DNA of 64,000 nucleotides from Gemmatimonadota bacterium. GTDB lineage: Bacteria; Gemmatimonadota; Gemmatimonadetes; Gemmatimonadales; GWC2-71-9. Below are positions 9,184-22,788 of the stretch, one piece after another. The DNA lies in assembly GCA_003251175.1 (NCBI GenBank), contig QKHC01000114.1:19350-83349 (forward strand). The letters run 5' to 3'. The notes under the pieces are model-generated. The model was not told the DNA's origin and ran no database searches. It was given only the letters and a program-made list of their open reading frames with translations. Both the position numbers and the translations under genes were made by a program. Each line of letters starts with the position of its first letter. Position 1 is the stretch's first letter.

Positions 9184-10418
9184 TCAGGCCGGTGGCGTCA
9201 CGATCCGGTAGGTGTCGCGCGCGATGAGCAGCTCCTCGTCGGTGGGGATCACGAAGGCACGCAACGTCGACCCCGCAGCGCTGATCTCGCCGGTGCGACC
9301 GTCGACGGTGGCTTCGTTCCGTTCCTCGTCGAGGCGCAGACCCAGGCATTCAAGCCCCTGAAGGGCCCGCCGGCGGATCTCCGGTGCGTTGGCTCCGATC
9401 CCGCCGGTGAACAGCACCGCGTCCGCCCCACCCAGCACCGCCACGTACGCCCCGATGTACTTGCGCACCCGGTAGCAGAAGATCTCAATGGCGAGCCGCG
9501 CCCGGCGGTCGCCCGTCTCCGCGGACTCGGCCAGCAGATCCCGCATGTCGCCCGTCAGTCCCGAGACACCGAGCAGTCCCGACTGCTTGTTGAGCATCGA
9601 GTCGATTTCAGGGAGGGACATCCCTTCCTTGTGGCTCAGGTACTCGAGGATCGACGCATCGAGATCGCCCGCCCGGGTGCCCATCAGCAGGCCCTCGAGC
9701 GGTGTGAATCCCATGGTGGTATCCACGGACTCACCGCCCCGGATCGCGCACGCGGAGCACCCGTTACCCAAGTGCAGACTGACCACGGTCACCTGATCGC
9801 GCGCCAAGCCGAGGAGCCTGCGATAGCGGTACGCCGCGTACCGGTGCGACGTGCCGTGGAAGCCGTAGCGGCGGATGCGGTGGCGCCGATAGTGCGCGTA
9901 GGGAATCCCGTAGACGTAGGCGACCTCGGGCATGGTGGCATGGAACGCGGTGTCGAACACGGCGACCTGCGGCACGCCGGGCCCGAGCAGCTCGGTGGCG
10001 GCCCGGATGCCCTTCAGGTTGGCAGGATTGTGGAGCGGCGCCAGCTCGATGCACTCCTCGATCCCGGCCAGCACGTCGGCGTCGATCCGGGCGGAGCGCC
10101 GGAAGCGCTCACCACCGTGGACGACGCGGTGTCCCACCGCGTGGATCTCCGACAGCGAGCGGATGCCGTCGATACCGGACTCGTCAGAGGCGATCCAGCG
10201 CAGGAACAGGTCGACGGCGGCCCGGTGATCGCGCAATGGTGCATCCCACCGCTCGGGCCCGCGTCCGGTCGCTTCACAGGTGATCAGCGAGTGGCTCCCG
10301 ATGCGCTCCACGATTCCTCGCACCAGGCATTGGTCACGGTCGCCAGCAATCCGCTCGTGATCGGTGTTGATGACCTGGAATTTCACCGACGACGAGCCGC
10401 AATTGAGTACGAGTACGT

Positions 10419-10422
<4 letters not shown>
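9184..10422 (-). CDS. ackA: acetate kinase
   Basis: [40 protein letters not shown] and GIGAN are motifs of the family. ATG 10422 overlaps the metH stop (ATGA). The upstream 60 codons of the ORF track are an artefact. Confidence 0.95.
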
Positions 10423-14128
<3,706 letters not shown>

Positions 14129-14132
<4 letters not shown>

Positions 14133-14821
14133 AAGGTCAGAAACAGCCCCCCCGACACGTCGCCCTGAAAGTACCCGTACGCACCGACCGCAACGGAACA
14201 GCCCCCAGGCCCGCACCACATGCCACCGCCACCCGCGCCGACGAGGGTCATCCAGCCGCGCAGCTGCGCCCGAACGCCCATGTGCTCGCTCGCGTAGGCC
14301 TTCGCCCCCAGCCCGGCCCCCAGCGAGAAGCGCGTCGAGCTCCCGTAGCGGCTGCTCTCGGGATCGAAGACGGTGAGCCCCAGACTGCCCACCCCGAATC
14401 CCCGCACGCGCTCGGTGCCGCGCTCCACCTCGGCCCCGAGGTGCACGTAGTGGACCGTCACATTGAACAGGGTCGAGTCGGGGAACAGGCCGCGGTCGGT
14501 CACCTTGACGACGGTCTGCTGCTGATTCCACACGATGCCGATCAGCTTGTCCCGCTGGACCCGGAACATCAGCGCGGCGCCGAAGTTCACATCGGCCGGC
14601 GTGCTGAGATGAACATTGGGGTTTTGCGGATCGATGTAGATGTTGCTCATACCACCGCCGAACTGCCAGCCGCCCCAGGCTGACAGCTGGATACGCTCGT
14701 CGAGCGGTCCGGCGCTGCCGACCGAACGCCCAGCGCGCCGCTGCGCGTCGGCACTGTGAAATGCCGGCCCACCCGCCACGACCATGGCAAGCGCCAGCCA
14801 CACGGTGGTTTCCCGCTTCAT
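14129..14821 (-). CDS. outer-membrane beta-barrel protein (about 230 aa)
   Basis: Signal peptide [27 protein letters not shown], alternating strands, ends ..GGLFLTF. The ORF-track start 15211 is an extension across the divergent gene. Confidence 0.7.
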
Positions 14822-14942
14822 CAGGTATTCCCGTCCAAGGTGAGCAAGTATCGCCGCGCTACCCCGACCAGCACAACCCTCCCGGCTTGCGGAACCGATG
14901 CCCGCGGCTCCAAGCTTGTGCCCGGGAGGAGGCACGCCACCG

Positions 14943-15251
14943 ATGGACATGCCCACCGATACCCGCGTCCGGTCGGTCTCGCGCCTGGTGGCATCACCGG
15001 GCAAGCAGGAGGAGTTGCGGACGCTGCTCGAGCGAGCCGGCGCGGCGATCCGCACCATGCCCGGCTGCATTTCGTGGCACTTGATGGTGAACACCCGCCA
15101 TGCTGCGGAGTTCGTGGTCGTCGCCGAGTGGGTCAGCGAGGAGGCATATCGTGCCCGCATCGGAACGCCCGAGTGGATCGAAACCACCGGCCAGCTGCCC
15201 GACGTAACCACGGGTGAGATCCACCACGACCTCTTCCGGCTGATCGCGTGA
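14943..15251 (+). CDS. antibiotic-biosynthesis-monooxygenase (ABM/YgiN-like) domain protein
   Basis: SD GGAGGAGG lies upstream. Shows a ferredoxin-like ABM pattern: VASPGKQEELRTLLE..MPGCISWHLMVNTRHAAEFVVVAEWVSEEAY. Confidence 0.7.
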   Translation: MDMPTDTRVRSVSRLVASPGKQEELRTLLERAGAAIRTMPGCISWHLMVNTRHAAEFVVVAEWVSEEAYRARIGTPEWIETTGQLPDVTTGEIHHDLFRLIA

Positions 15252-15436
15252 CTCTCTCCGTGCGCGCGTACCTCCGGACACTTCGCGACGAGCGCCGCCA
15301 GCTGGGGTGGAAGGGTCTGTTCCGCCGGCGCGGCTGGAAGCTCGTGGCGGTGGTGGTCCTCTATTACCTGATCCGCGACACCATCCTCTACGTGCTGATC
15401 CCGCTGGCCATCGCGGCAGGCGTGTTGCAGCGCTAG
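15248..15436 (+). CDS. small membrane protein (62 aa)
   Basis: GTG overlaps the ABM stop (GTGA). Basic N-terminus followed by WKLVAVVVLYYLIRDTILYVLIPLAIAAGVL. Confidence 0.5.
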   Translation: MTLSVRAYLRTLRDERRQLGWKGLFRRRGWKLVAVVVLYYLIRDTILYVLIPLAIAAGVLQR

Positions 15437-18180
15437 AAACCGACTTCCATCCCCAGCCGCAGCAGTCGCCGCGTTCCGTAGAAGAACACCGGTTGGGTGA
15501 AGTCGCGCGCCGCCGCTTCGTACATCGGCAGCAGCTCGGCCGCCCCCGCGATCACTCCGTCGCGATTGAGGTCGGCCGCGGGCCGGTAGCGGGGCGACTC
15601 GTAGGGAATAGGCTCCGGATGCGCCCGGTAGGCGGCGTCAGCCATCTCGGCGACCGCTTGCTCGGTCGGTCTCGTGTCGCCATTGTCCCGCCGCACCGCC
15701 TCGACATTCCGCCGATTGAGGACGTTGCGCACATCGAGGTAGACCGCCCCGCGCATGCCCGCAGCCCGCAGGGGCAAGCGCACCAGAGCGTCGAGCGCGT
15801 GATTCGGGGGCAGCCGCCAACTGTTGGGAAGTCCGACCAATGTGTCACCGGTCGCGTTGGTGCGCGTGAACGGTAGACCCGAGTTGTATCGGAAGATCGC
15901 GGCCGCTTCGAGCCCGCCGAAGGGCCGGCCGCCCGCGATGCGAGGTCCCGCCCGATCCGGCACGCGCCCCTGTAGGACCACCAGCAGCCCGTGGCGCCGG
16001 TCGTAGTCGAGCGGGTACTCGACCCGCGCCGGGTTGATCGTATCCCCCCCGGGGTCGATCCGAATGCGCCGCGTCAGCTGATAGGCATCGCTCGCGGTCG
16101 CCTGCGCCGTCTGGAGCGTGTAGGCGAGCCGCGCGCCCCACCCACCCCGCAACTCACGCTCGACGATCAGCTCGAGCCCCCGCACCGTGCCGTAGTCCGC
16201 GTTGCCGAACACCGTCGAATCGGGATCCAGACCGAGCGGTACGGACGCGACCAGCCCGTCGAGCTCCTTGATGTAGACGTTGACTCGCGTCGTCAGCTCC
16301 CGGCTGGGACGCGCACGAAGGCTGAACTCGTACTGCGTGGCGTGCTCAAACCCCAGATTGGGATTGCCGCGACGGAACCGCCCGGTGCGTGTGCTGTCAT
16401 CGAACGCCGCATCGACCAGGAACTGATAGTCGGGAGTCTGGCTGAACCGGCCCCAGCTCGCCACGAAGGTAGCGCCCGGCAGCACGGTCGAGAACGCGAA
16501 CCGCGGGTTGACGCTGGCGCGCGCGGCACCGGCTCCCGGCACGTCGCTCCCCGGCGCGAAACGATCGTACCGCAGCCCACCCGTGACCACGAAGTCCCCA
16601 CCGCGCAGACTCGCCTCAGCGTACGCCGCCCCGAGGAGCGGGCGGAAATCCGCCGCCGTGGGCGGCGGAGCCCCGGCATCCGCCGGCAGGTAGGCGAGCA
16701 CGCGCTGAAACGTCCGTACCCGCTGACGCGTCGCCTCGGCGCCGACGTTCACGTCCACGGCCGATCCGGCACCGAAGGCCACGTCGAGCTGGCCGCGCAA
16801 CTCGTCGTAGCGGTTCCACGCCACCTCACCCCGGGGTGCCCCCCCCACGAAAAACGCCGGCACACCCCACGGAGTGCGCTCGCTGTAGTCGGGGATCCCG
16901 AACCCCGGAATCGGCGCCCGCGCCGCGGCCGTATCCTGGTGCCTCGCCAGGTCCTCTCCGAGAAACCGGAACGTCGTGCCGGTGAACGCACCGAACGCGT
17001 AGTCCGGCGGCTGGACCAGGGCACCGCGGAGGAATTCGCGCTGGAACCAGCCGATCCGCACGTCCGCCACGAACGCGTCGGCGACGTGCTGCAGGTGACC
17101 CGACGCGAGCGTTCCTCGCACCCGCTGCGCCGGCGCATCATCGAGGTCGTACTTGTAGGTCGGATCGTACAGCAACCGCTGCTCGGCCGATCGCAGTGCG
17201 AAGAGGCGCAGCGTCTGGCGTCGCCCGAGCGACAGCCGCAGCTTGGCACCCAGGTCGAGGCGCTCGCCACTGTTGTGCGGCAGCATCGCCGGATTGGCAG
17301 CACGCGGGTCGCGAGGATCGTCGGGGGGCGGTGCCTGAACGGGGTCCGCGTCGAGCCGCCCTTCCGCGTCGGCGACGGCGACGAAGCCACCGCTTCGACC
17401 CACCGGGCCCTCGACGGCGGCGACCAGGCGGTCGAGCCCCAGATCTCCCGCGCCAGCGAACAGCCGGTCGCTCTCGTAGGCGACCCGCCCCCACCATGGC
17501 TCCCCGCCGTCACGAGTCACGACATTGACCAGCCCGGACACCGCCTGCCCGTATCGCGCCGAGAAGCCGTTGGTGACGAGCGACGCCTCGGTGAGCATGT
17601 CGGGTGGCACACGCACGCCCAGCGGTCCCGACGCCGCGTCGAGCTGGTTCTTGACCCCGAGGCCGTCGATGATGAACGCCTGCTGCCCGAGGCGGCCGCC
17701 TCGGTAGCTCTCCCCAACGGTGCCGGCGGTGAGCGCGATGGCCTCGTCTAGGGTCGTGAGGGGCAGGCGTCGGATCTCATCAGCCGTGATCCGCTGGACG
17801 TCGGCCGTGACCAGTGGATCGAGCACGGGATCGGAGACGGCCTCGACGACGACTGCGGTGTCCACCTGCAGCGCCGCGGGCTGGAGCGCCACGTCCACGA
17901 TGGACGTCTCGCCGCTGCGGACCAACACGCTGTCGCGGCGGGCACCGCGATAGCCGATCACATCCACTCGCAGGGCGTGCCACCCCGCGCGGACCGCGCG
18001 GATGCGATACGCCCCGGAGGAGTCGGTGAGAGCACCCTGCGGCCCCCCGTCGAGTACGACGCGGGCCATCGCGATTGGCTGCGCCGTCGACGCGTTCCGC
18101 ACATGGCCCGCAATCGCCCCGCTGGTTTGTGCACGAAGCGAGCCGGCAACCAGCAGCAGCGCGGCGAGGTGGCGGCTCAC
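15433..18180 (-). CDS. TonB-dependent receptor with N-terminal carboxypeptidase-regulatory-like domain
   Basis: Signal peptide, then GHVRNASTAQPIAMARVVLDGG..SGAYRIRAVRAGWHALRV (CarboxypepD_reg), a plug region, and a long barrel ending ..LLRLGMEVGF. GTG 18180 overlaps the upstream stop (GTGA). Confidence 0.9.
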   Translation of the reverse strand: MSRHLAALLLVAGSLRAQTSGAIAGHVRNASTAQPIAMARVVLDGGPQGALTDSSGAYRIRAVRAGWHALRVDVIGYRGARRDSVLVRSGETSIVDVALQPAALQVDTAVVVEAVSDPVLDPLVTADVQRITADEIRRLPLTTLDEAIALTAGTVGESYRGGRLGQQAFIIDGLGVKNQLDAASGPLGVRVPPDMLTEASLVTNGFSARYGQAVSGLVNVVTRDGGEPWWGRVAYESDRLFAGAGDLGLDRLVAAVEGPVGRSGGFVAVADAEGRLDADPVQAPPPDDPRDPRAANPAMLPHNSGERLDLGAKLRLSLGRRQTLRLFALRSAEQRLLYDPTYKYDLDDAPAQRVRGTLASGHLQHVADAFVADVRIGWFQREFLRGALVQPPDYAFGAFTGTTFRFLGEDLARHQDTAAARAPIPGFGIPDYSERTPWGVPAFFVGGAPRGEVAWNRYDELRGQLDVAFGAGSAVDVNVGAEATRQRVRTFQRVLAYLPADAGAPPPTAADFRPLLGAAYAEASLRGGDFVVTGGLRYDRFAPGSDVPGAGAARASVNPRFAFSTVLPGATFVASWGRFSQTPDYQFLVDAAFDDSTRTGRFRRGNPNLGFEHATQYEFSLRARPSRELTTRVNVYIKELDGLVASVPLGLDPDSTVFGNADYGTVRGLELIVERELRGGWGARLAYTLQTAQATASDAYQLTRRIRIDPGGDTINPARVEYPLDYDRRHGLLVVLQGRVPDRAGPRIAGGRPFGGLEAAAIFRYNSGLPFTRTNATGDTLVGLPNSWRLPPNHALDALVRLPLRAAGMRGAVYLDVRNVLNRRNVEAVRRDNGDTRPTEQAVAEMADAAYRAHPEPIPYESPRYRPAADLNRDGVIAGAAELLPMYEAAARDFTQPVFFYGTRRLLRLGMEVGF

Positions 18181-19247
18181 GGCAGCTCAGCCAGCCAAAG
18201 GTCCGACCCGCCCGGCCCCCGCAGCTCCGCCACGATGCGCCGTCCATCGGGTGACAACGCGGGGCGGCGGAACCGGGCGGAGTCGGACACCAGCATCGGC
18301 GCGCCGCCCGGGAAGTCCATCCAGTAGAGCCACCCCCCCTCATCGTTCTGTACCAGTGCGCCGAGATTCACATCCCACGCGGCGGTCACGCTCCCGCCGA
18401 CGACGGCAACCAAGCGACCGGCTCGGACCTGCACATCGCGCGCGACGCCGAGTGTCCCAAAGTCGTAGATTGTCGCCGTATCGCCCGTCGCGCGGTCACG
18501 CCGGAACACACGCGAATCGCCGTTCAGCGTGTAGTACAGGACTCCGGCCGTGTCCCCCACGCTCACCGAGGACGCCCAGTCGGTGTCGGGAATGCGCTCG
18601 GGGACCGCGGCGCCGAGCACCATGGTTTCGATGCCCACACCCGTCTCGATCGTGTCCCGGATCCCGGCGAGATCGTTCTGCACGTAGATCCACAACTCGG
18701 CGATGAACACCAGCGTGTCGCCGCCGAGCCACCGCACTTGGGTCGCACGGTCGAAGCCGCGACGACCCAGTGGCGGACTGGGCAGACGCAGAATGCGCTG
18801 CGGATCTCCCCCGTCGGCGGACGTAACCGTCAGCTGTCCACCATACGGCGTGACCGCGCCGATCCGACCGTTGACGTGCACGTACGCGAGGCGACCATCA
18901 GCGGCCGGTGCCGGCGCCTCGAGTACGTCGGTCGAGTCCTCAGCAGCGAGGGTCAGGTGACAGCGGGTCTCGACGCGCGCGCCGCCCCCCGCGGGGAGCC
19001 GGCCGAGACAGTGGTCGAGATCCTGGCGATCGTTGCGCTCCGCAGAATACCAGATCCACTCCCCGTCCGGCGTCCAGGCAGGCGTGCGGTCGTCCCGGGG
19101 GTTGAGCGTGAGACGAGAGAGCGACGACGGATTGAACGGACCCTCGGGTCCGTAGGTGCCCGGCCGGAACGGCTGCTCGTGTCCGCATGCAAGGAAGACG
19201 AGGGCGCCGGCGATGGCAAGAACCCGGGGCCGCGGGCGCACGCTCAC
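18177..19247 (-). CDS. lipoprotein with TolB-like (PD40/WD40-like) beta-propeller repeats
   Basis: GTG 19247 (GTGA overlap). Lipobox is ALVFLACG. Shows repeated P.WSPDG-type motifs (TPAWTPDGEWIWYS, PALSPDGRRIVAE). Confidence 0.75.
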   Translation of the reverse strand: MSVRPRPRVLAIAGALVFLACGHEQPFRPGTYGPEGPFNPSSLSRLTLNPRDDRTPAWTPDGEWIWYSAERNDRQDLDHCLGRLPAGGGARVETRCHLTLAAEDSTDVLEAPAPAADGRLAYVHVNGRIGAVTPYGGQLTVTSADGGDPQRILRLPSPPLGRRGFDRATQVRWLGGDTLVFIAELWIYVQNDLAGIRDTIETGVGIETMVLGAAVPERIPDTDWASSVSVGDTAGVLYYTLNGDSRVFRRDRATGDTATIYDFGTLGVARDVQVRAGRLVAVVGGSVTAAWDVNLGALVQNDEGGWLYWMDFPGGAPMLVSDSARFRRPALSPDGRRIVAELRGPGGSDLWLAELP

Positions 19248-19657
19248 ATGGGTACTCGACCGAAGAAATCCGAGCGACCGCGCAGGGCGAGCCCGCCGTG
19301 CAGCACGAGCTCCACCGCGACGAGGAACACCCCCCCCCACACGAGCGGGGGCAGGTCGGCCGTGTCCCGTCCGTACAGGCGCCACAGCACCCGCCCCGCG
19401 AGATACGCCCACAGCCCCGCCGCAAACCAACCCGCGACCCGCACCAGCCGTCCACCACCCGTGCGGATGCCCGGAACGAGGGCGAGCGCACGCTCCGCCG
19501 CGTAGCCGAGGAACGCGAAGCAGAGACCCACGGTGACGGCATCGAGATAGTCTCGACCCAGTGCGCCGCTTCGCGGCAGGATGGTGGCCAGCAACGCGCC
19601 GAGGACCAGACCGAGGAGCGTGTTCCGCGCCAGCACCGCTCCGAAGGGGTCGCTCAC
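19244..19657 (-). CDS. small polytopic membrane protein (137 aa), unknown function
   Basis: GTG 19657 overlaps the peptidase stop (GTGA). Four hydrophobic segments. Confidence 0.6.
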   Translation of the reverse strand: MSDPFGAVLARNTLLGLVLGALLATILPRSGALGRDYLDAVTVGLCFAFLGYAAERALALVPGIRTGGGRLVRVAGWFAAGLWAYLAGRVLWRLYGRDTADLPPLVWGGVFLVAVELVLHGGLALRGRSDFFGRVPM

Positions 19658-21675
19658 CGGAGATACTGCTCCAGCCAGTCGAGCACGGTGCTCCACCACA
19701 CACGGCGGTTGCGCGGGCGCAGCACCCAGTGACCCTCGTCGGGGAAATAGAGGAACTTCGCCGGCACACCCATCTCGCGCAGTGCCGTGAACGCCTGCAG
19801 TCCCTCGGAGAGATCGACGCGGTAGTCGAGCTGGCCGTGTACTACGAGCATCGGCGTCTTCCAGGCGCTGACGTGGTTCAGCGGCGACCATCGCTCGAAC
19901 AGCTCGCGGTTGTCATAGGGAGATCCGCCGAACTCCCAGTGGGGGAACCACAGCTCTTCGGTGGAGCCGTACATGCTCACAGGGTTGAACACACCATCGT
20001 GGGCGACCAGCGCGCGGAACCGAGTCGTCTGACCGGCGAGCCAGAAGATCATGTAACCCCCGTATGAGGCGCCGGCGGCCCCCAGGCGGGTGGAATCCAC
20101 GTAGGGAAGTCGCGCGACCACATCCAGCCCGGTCATCAGGTCCTGCAACGGCACGTCGCCCCAGTGCTGCGAAATGGCGTCCGTGAACGCCTGTCCGTAG
20201 CCCGTCGAGCCGTGGAAGTTCACCGCCGCGACCACGAAGCCGCGCGACGCGAACATCTGGTAGTTCCAGCGAGCATGCCAGTTGTCTACCCACGCCCCCT
20301 GGGGACCACCATGCACGAGGTACACCAGTGGATACCGACGCGCGCCGTCGAAGCCCGGTGGCTTGAGTGTCCACCCGAAGACCGAGTCACCGCGCGCCCC
20401 CACGAACCCGAATTCCTCGAGCGGATGGAGGTCGAGTGTGGCGACGATGGAGTCCGTGTGGTGCGTCAGGGCCTTGCCCGCGTTCCAAATCTCAGCCGGC
20501 TGGGTGTTGCTCTGATGCAGGTACACCAGCGTGCGCCCGTCTTTGGCCACCTGTACACCCGTATTGACGCCGCCCGCGACGGCACGGACGCGGCGGAACG
20601 ACGGAATGTCAATCCGATAGATGTTGTCACGACCGCGCTCCTCAACGACCGCGTACACACACTTGGCATCGGGACACCACGCGAAGGAGCCCACCGACAA
20701 GTCCCAGCCCGCGGTAGCCTCGACCGCCGGACCGCCGGTCCGGCCGTCTCGCCGGGGCACCACCATCAGCCGATTCCGATCCGCCTCGAAGGTCGCGCGC
20801 TCCATGGAGAGATACGCGAGCCACTTGCCGTCGGGCGAGAATCGGGGCGTGTGATCGGCGCCGGGACTAGTGGAGATCACGCGGGAGACAGCCTCCGACT
20901 CGCCAGCGCTGCCCAGCAGGTACACGTCCGTATTGGTCCCGCGCGCGATGGCGGCACCATCACGCTCCGCCCGTACGGCCACAGCGATCTCGCCTCCGTC
21001 GGGAGCAATGGCGACATCGCCCGCCCCACCCGTCGCGATCGTCGGCACGTCGCGATCGACCGGCGTGAGATCGGTGGCCACGCCGTCGTCGAGGCGGACA
21101 CGGAGCAGGTGTTGCCTCCGCCCCGCGCGCCACTCGTCCCAGTGGCGATAGAACAGATCCGTCCAAATGCGGGCTTCGGTCGGGTAGTCGCCGTTGCGCC
21201 GGTCGATCTCCTGGTCGGCGGGCCACTTGACGTCGCTCACCGCGAGAAATCCCGAGCCGTCCGGAAGCCAGAGAAATTCACCGACGCCGTCGGGAAGGTG
21301 CGAGATCTGGCGTGCTTCACCGCCGGCCACGGACAGAACCCAGATCTGGGGACTCCCCTGGCGTGACGCGATGAACGCCAGGGCCCGGCCGTCGGGCGAC
21401 CAGCGGGGGCTGCGGTCCGAGCCGGGGCCGCCCGTGAAGGGGCGCGCCTCACCCGTGAGGCGATCGGTGACCCATACACGGCTGGTGCCGCGATTGGCCT
21501 CGAGTGCGTAGGTCGTCACCGTGTAGGCGACGGTGCGGCCGTCGGGTGACAGCTGCGGGTCGGCCACCACCGGCAGAGCCAGGAAGTCGTCGAATGTGAT
21601 CGCCCGGCGCTGCGCAACGACGTTGGCCGTCAGGGCGATCAGTCCGATCGCGAGCGAGGTGAGCATGCGGTTCAT
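19654..21675 (-). CDS. S9-family serine peptidase (prolyl oligopeptidase / dipeptidyl-peptidase type) with N-terminal PD40 propeller
   Basis: Signal peptide MNRMLTSLAIGLIALTANVVAQ. Propeller motifs are SPDGRTVAY and SPRWSPDGRALAF. Catalytic motifs are GASYGGYM and FPDEGHWV. An alternative start is ATG 21696. Confidence 0.9.
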   Translation of the reverse strand: MNRMLTSLAIGLIALTANVVAQRRAITFDDFLALPVVADPQLSPDGRTVAYTVTTYALEANRGTSRVWVTDRLTGEARPFTGGPGSDRSPRWSPDGRALAFIASRQGSPQIWVLSVAGGEARQISHLPDGVGEFLWLPDGSGFLAVSDVKWPADQEIDRRNGDYPTEARIWTDLFYRHWDEWRAGRRQHLLRVRLDDGVATDLTPVDRDVPTIATGGAGDVAIAPDGGEIAVAVRAERDGAAIARGTNTDVYLLGSAGESEAVSRVISTSPGADHTPRFSPDGKWLAYLSMERATFEADRNRLMVVPRRDGRTGGPAVEATAGWDLSVGSFAWCPDAKCVYAVVEERGRDNIYRIDIPSFRRVRAVAGGVNTGVQVAKDGRTLVYLHQSNTQPAEIWNAGKALTHHTDSIVATLDLHPLEEFGFVGARGDSVFGWTLKPPGFDGARRYPLVYLVHGGPQGAWVDNWHARWNYQMFASRGFVVAAVNFHGSTGYGQAFTDAISQHWGDVPLQDLMTGLDVVARLPYVDSTRLGAAGASYGGYMIFWLAGQTTRFRALVAHDGVFNPVSMYGSTEELWFPHWEFGGSPYDNRELFERWSPLNHVSAWKTPMLVVHGQLDYRVDLSEGLQAFTALREMGVPAKFLYFPDEGHWVLRPRNRRVWWSTVLDWLEQYLR

Positions 21676-21795
21676 GGGAATGGATGACTCGGGCATTCGG
21701 GTGAGCGGTGTGGCGATACGCCTTGCCAGAACGTCAGGTCTGCGAAATCTTCCCCCGAGCACGGGTCTCCGCAACCTGAACAGAAAAAAGGCGAC

Positions 21796-22788
21796 ATGCC
21801 GCGAACCGAGTTCATTGCCACGGGGTTCTACGTTCCGCCGCGGGTGGTCACGAATGACGAGCTCGCGGGGATGATGGACACGTCTGACGAGTGGATCACC
21901 CAGCGCAGCGGGATCAAGACGCGGCGCTGGGTTGAGCCAGGAACGACGTGTGCGGCGGTAGCGTTCGAGGCGACGACCACGGCCCTGACCCGGGCAGGAA
22001 TGAAGGCCGCGGACCTCGACTGCATCGTCTTCGCGACGACGACGCCCGACCACTTCTTCCCTGGAAACGGTGTCTACCTACAGCGAATGCTGGGCATTCC
22101 GGGGATTCCCGCGCTCGACGTACGCGACCAGTGCAGCGGGTTCATCTACGGGCTGTCGGTCGCCGACGCCTGGATCCGGACGGGTCAATACCGGCGCATT
22201 CTGCTCGTCGGGGCGGAGATCCAGTCGCCCGGCCTCGACCTCACCACCGCCGGCCGGGACACGGCGGTTCTGTTTGGAGACGGCGCCGGCGTCGCCATCC
22301 TGGGACCGACCGACGCGGATCGGGGAGTGTTGTCCACGCACCTCTATGCGGACGGGCAGCACGCGGAGAAGCTGTGGATGGATGGTCCGGGTGTGTCGCA
22401 CGTCCCCTGGATTTCGTCCGAGCTGATCGCAGCCGGCAAGCATCGAGTGCGCATGGAAGGCCGCGAGGTGTTCAAGCACGCGAGCACCTGCATGCCACAA
22501 TCAGTGATGACCGCGCTCCACGCCAATGGCCTCACGCCGGCCGATATCACGTTGCTGATCCCCCACCAGGCGAACCTGCGAATCTCCGAGATGGTGCAGA
22601 AGCAGCTTGGGCTGCGCGATGACCAAGTGGTGAACAACATCCAGAAGTACGGCAACACCACCGCGGCATCGATTCCCATCGCGCTGGACGAGGCGATAGC
22701 TGATGGTCGCCTCAAGCGCGGCGACCTGCTGGTGTTGACGGCGTTCGGCTCGGGATTCACCTGGGCCAGCGCTGCCATCCGATGGTAG
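21796..22788 (+). CDS. fabH: beta-ketoacyl-ACP synthase III
   Basis: TSDEWITQRSGIKTRR, DQCSGFIYGL, HQANLRI and GNTTAASIPIAL are KAS III signatures. Confidence 0.95.
   Translation: MPRTEFIATGFYVPPRVVTNDELAGMMDTSDEWITQRSGIKTRRWVEPGTTCAAVAFEATTTALTRAGMKAADLDCIVFATTTPDHFFPGNGVYLQRMLGIPGIPALDVRDQCSGFIYGLSVADAWIRTGQYRRILLVGAEIQSPGLDLTTAGRDTAVLFGDGAGVAILGPTDADRGVLSTHLYADGQHAEKLWMDGPGVSHVPWISSELIAAGKHRVRMEGREVFKHASTCMPQSVMTALHANGLTPADITLLIPHQANLRISEMVQKQLGLRDDQVVNNIQKYGNTTAASIPIALDEAIADGRLKRGDLLVLTAFGSGFTWASAAIRW

Noticed and set aside
14822-14942. Possible cobalamin or SAM riboswitch in the leader of the OMP-metH-ackA unit.
   Set aside because: At about 120 nt the region is too short for a cobalamin element, and I see no B12-box or SAM-II-like core. 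B12 riboswitches normally control metE/btuB rather than metH.
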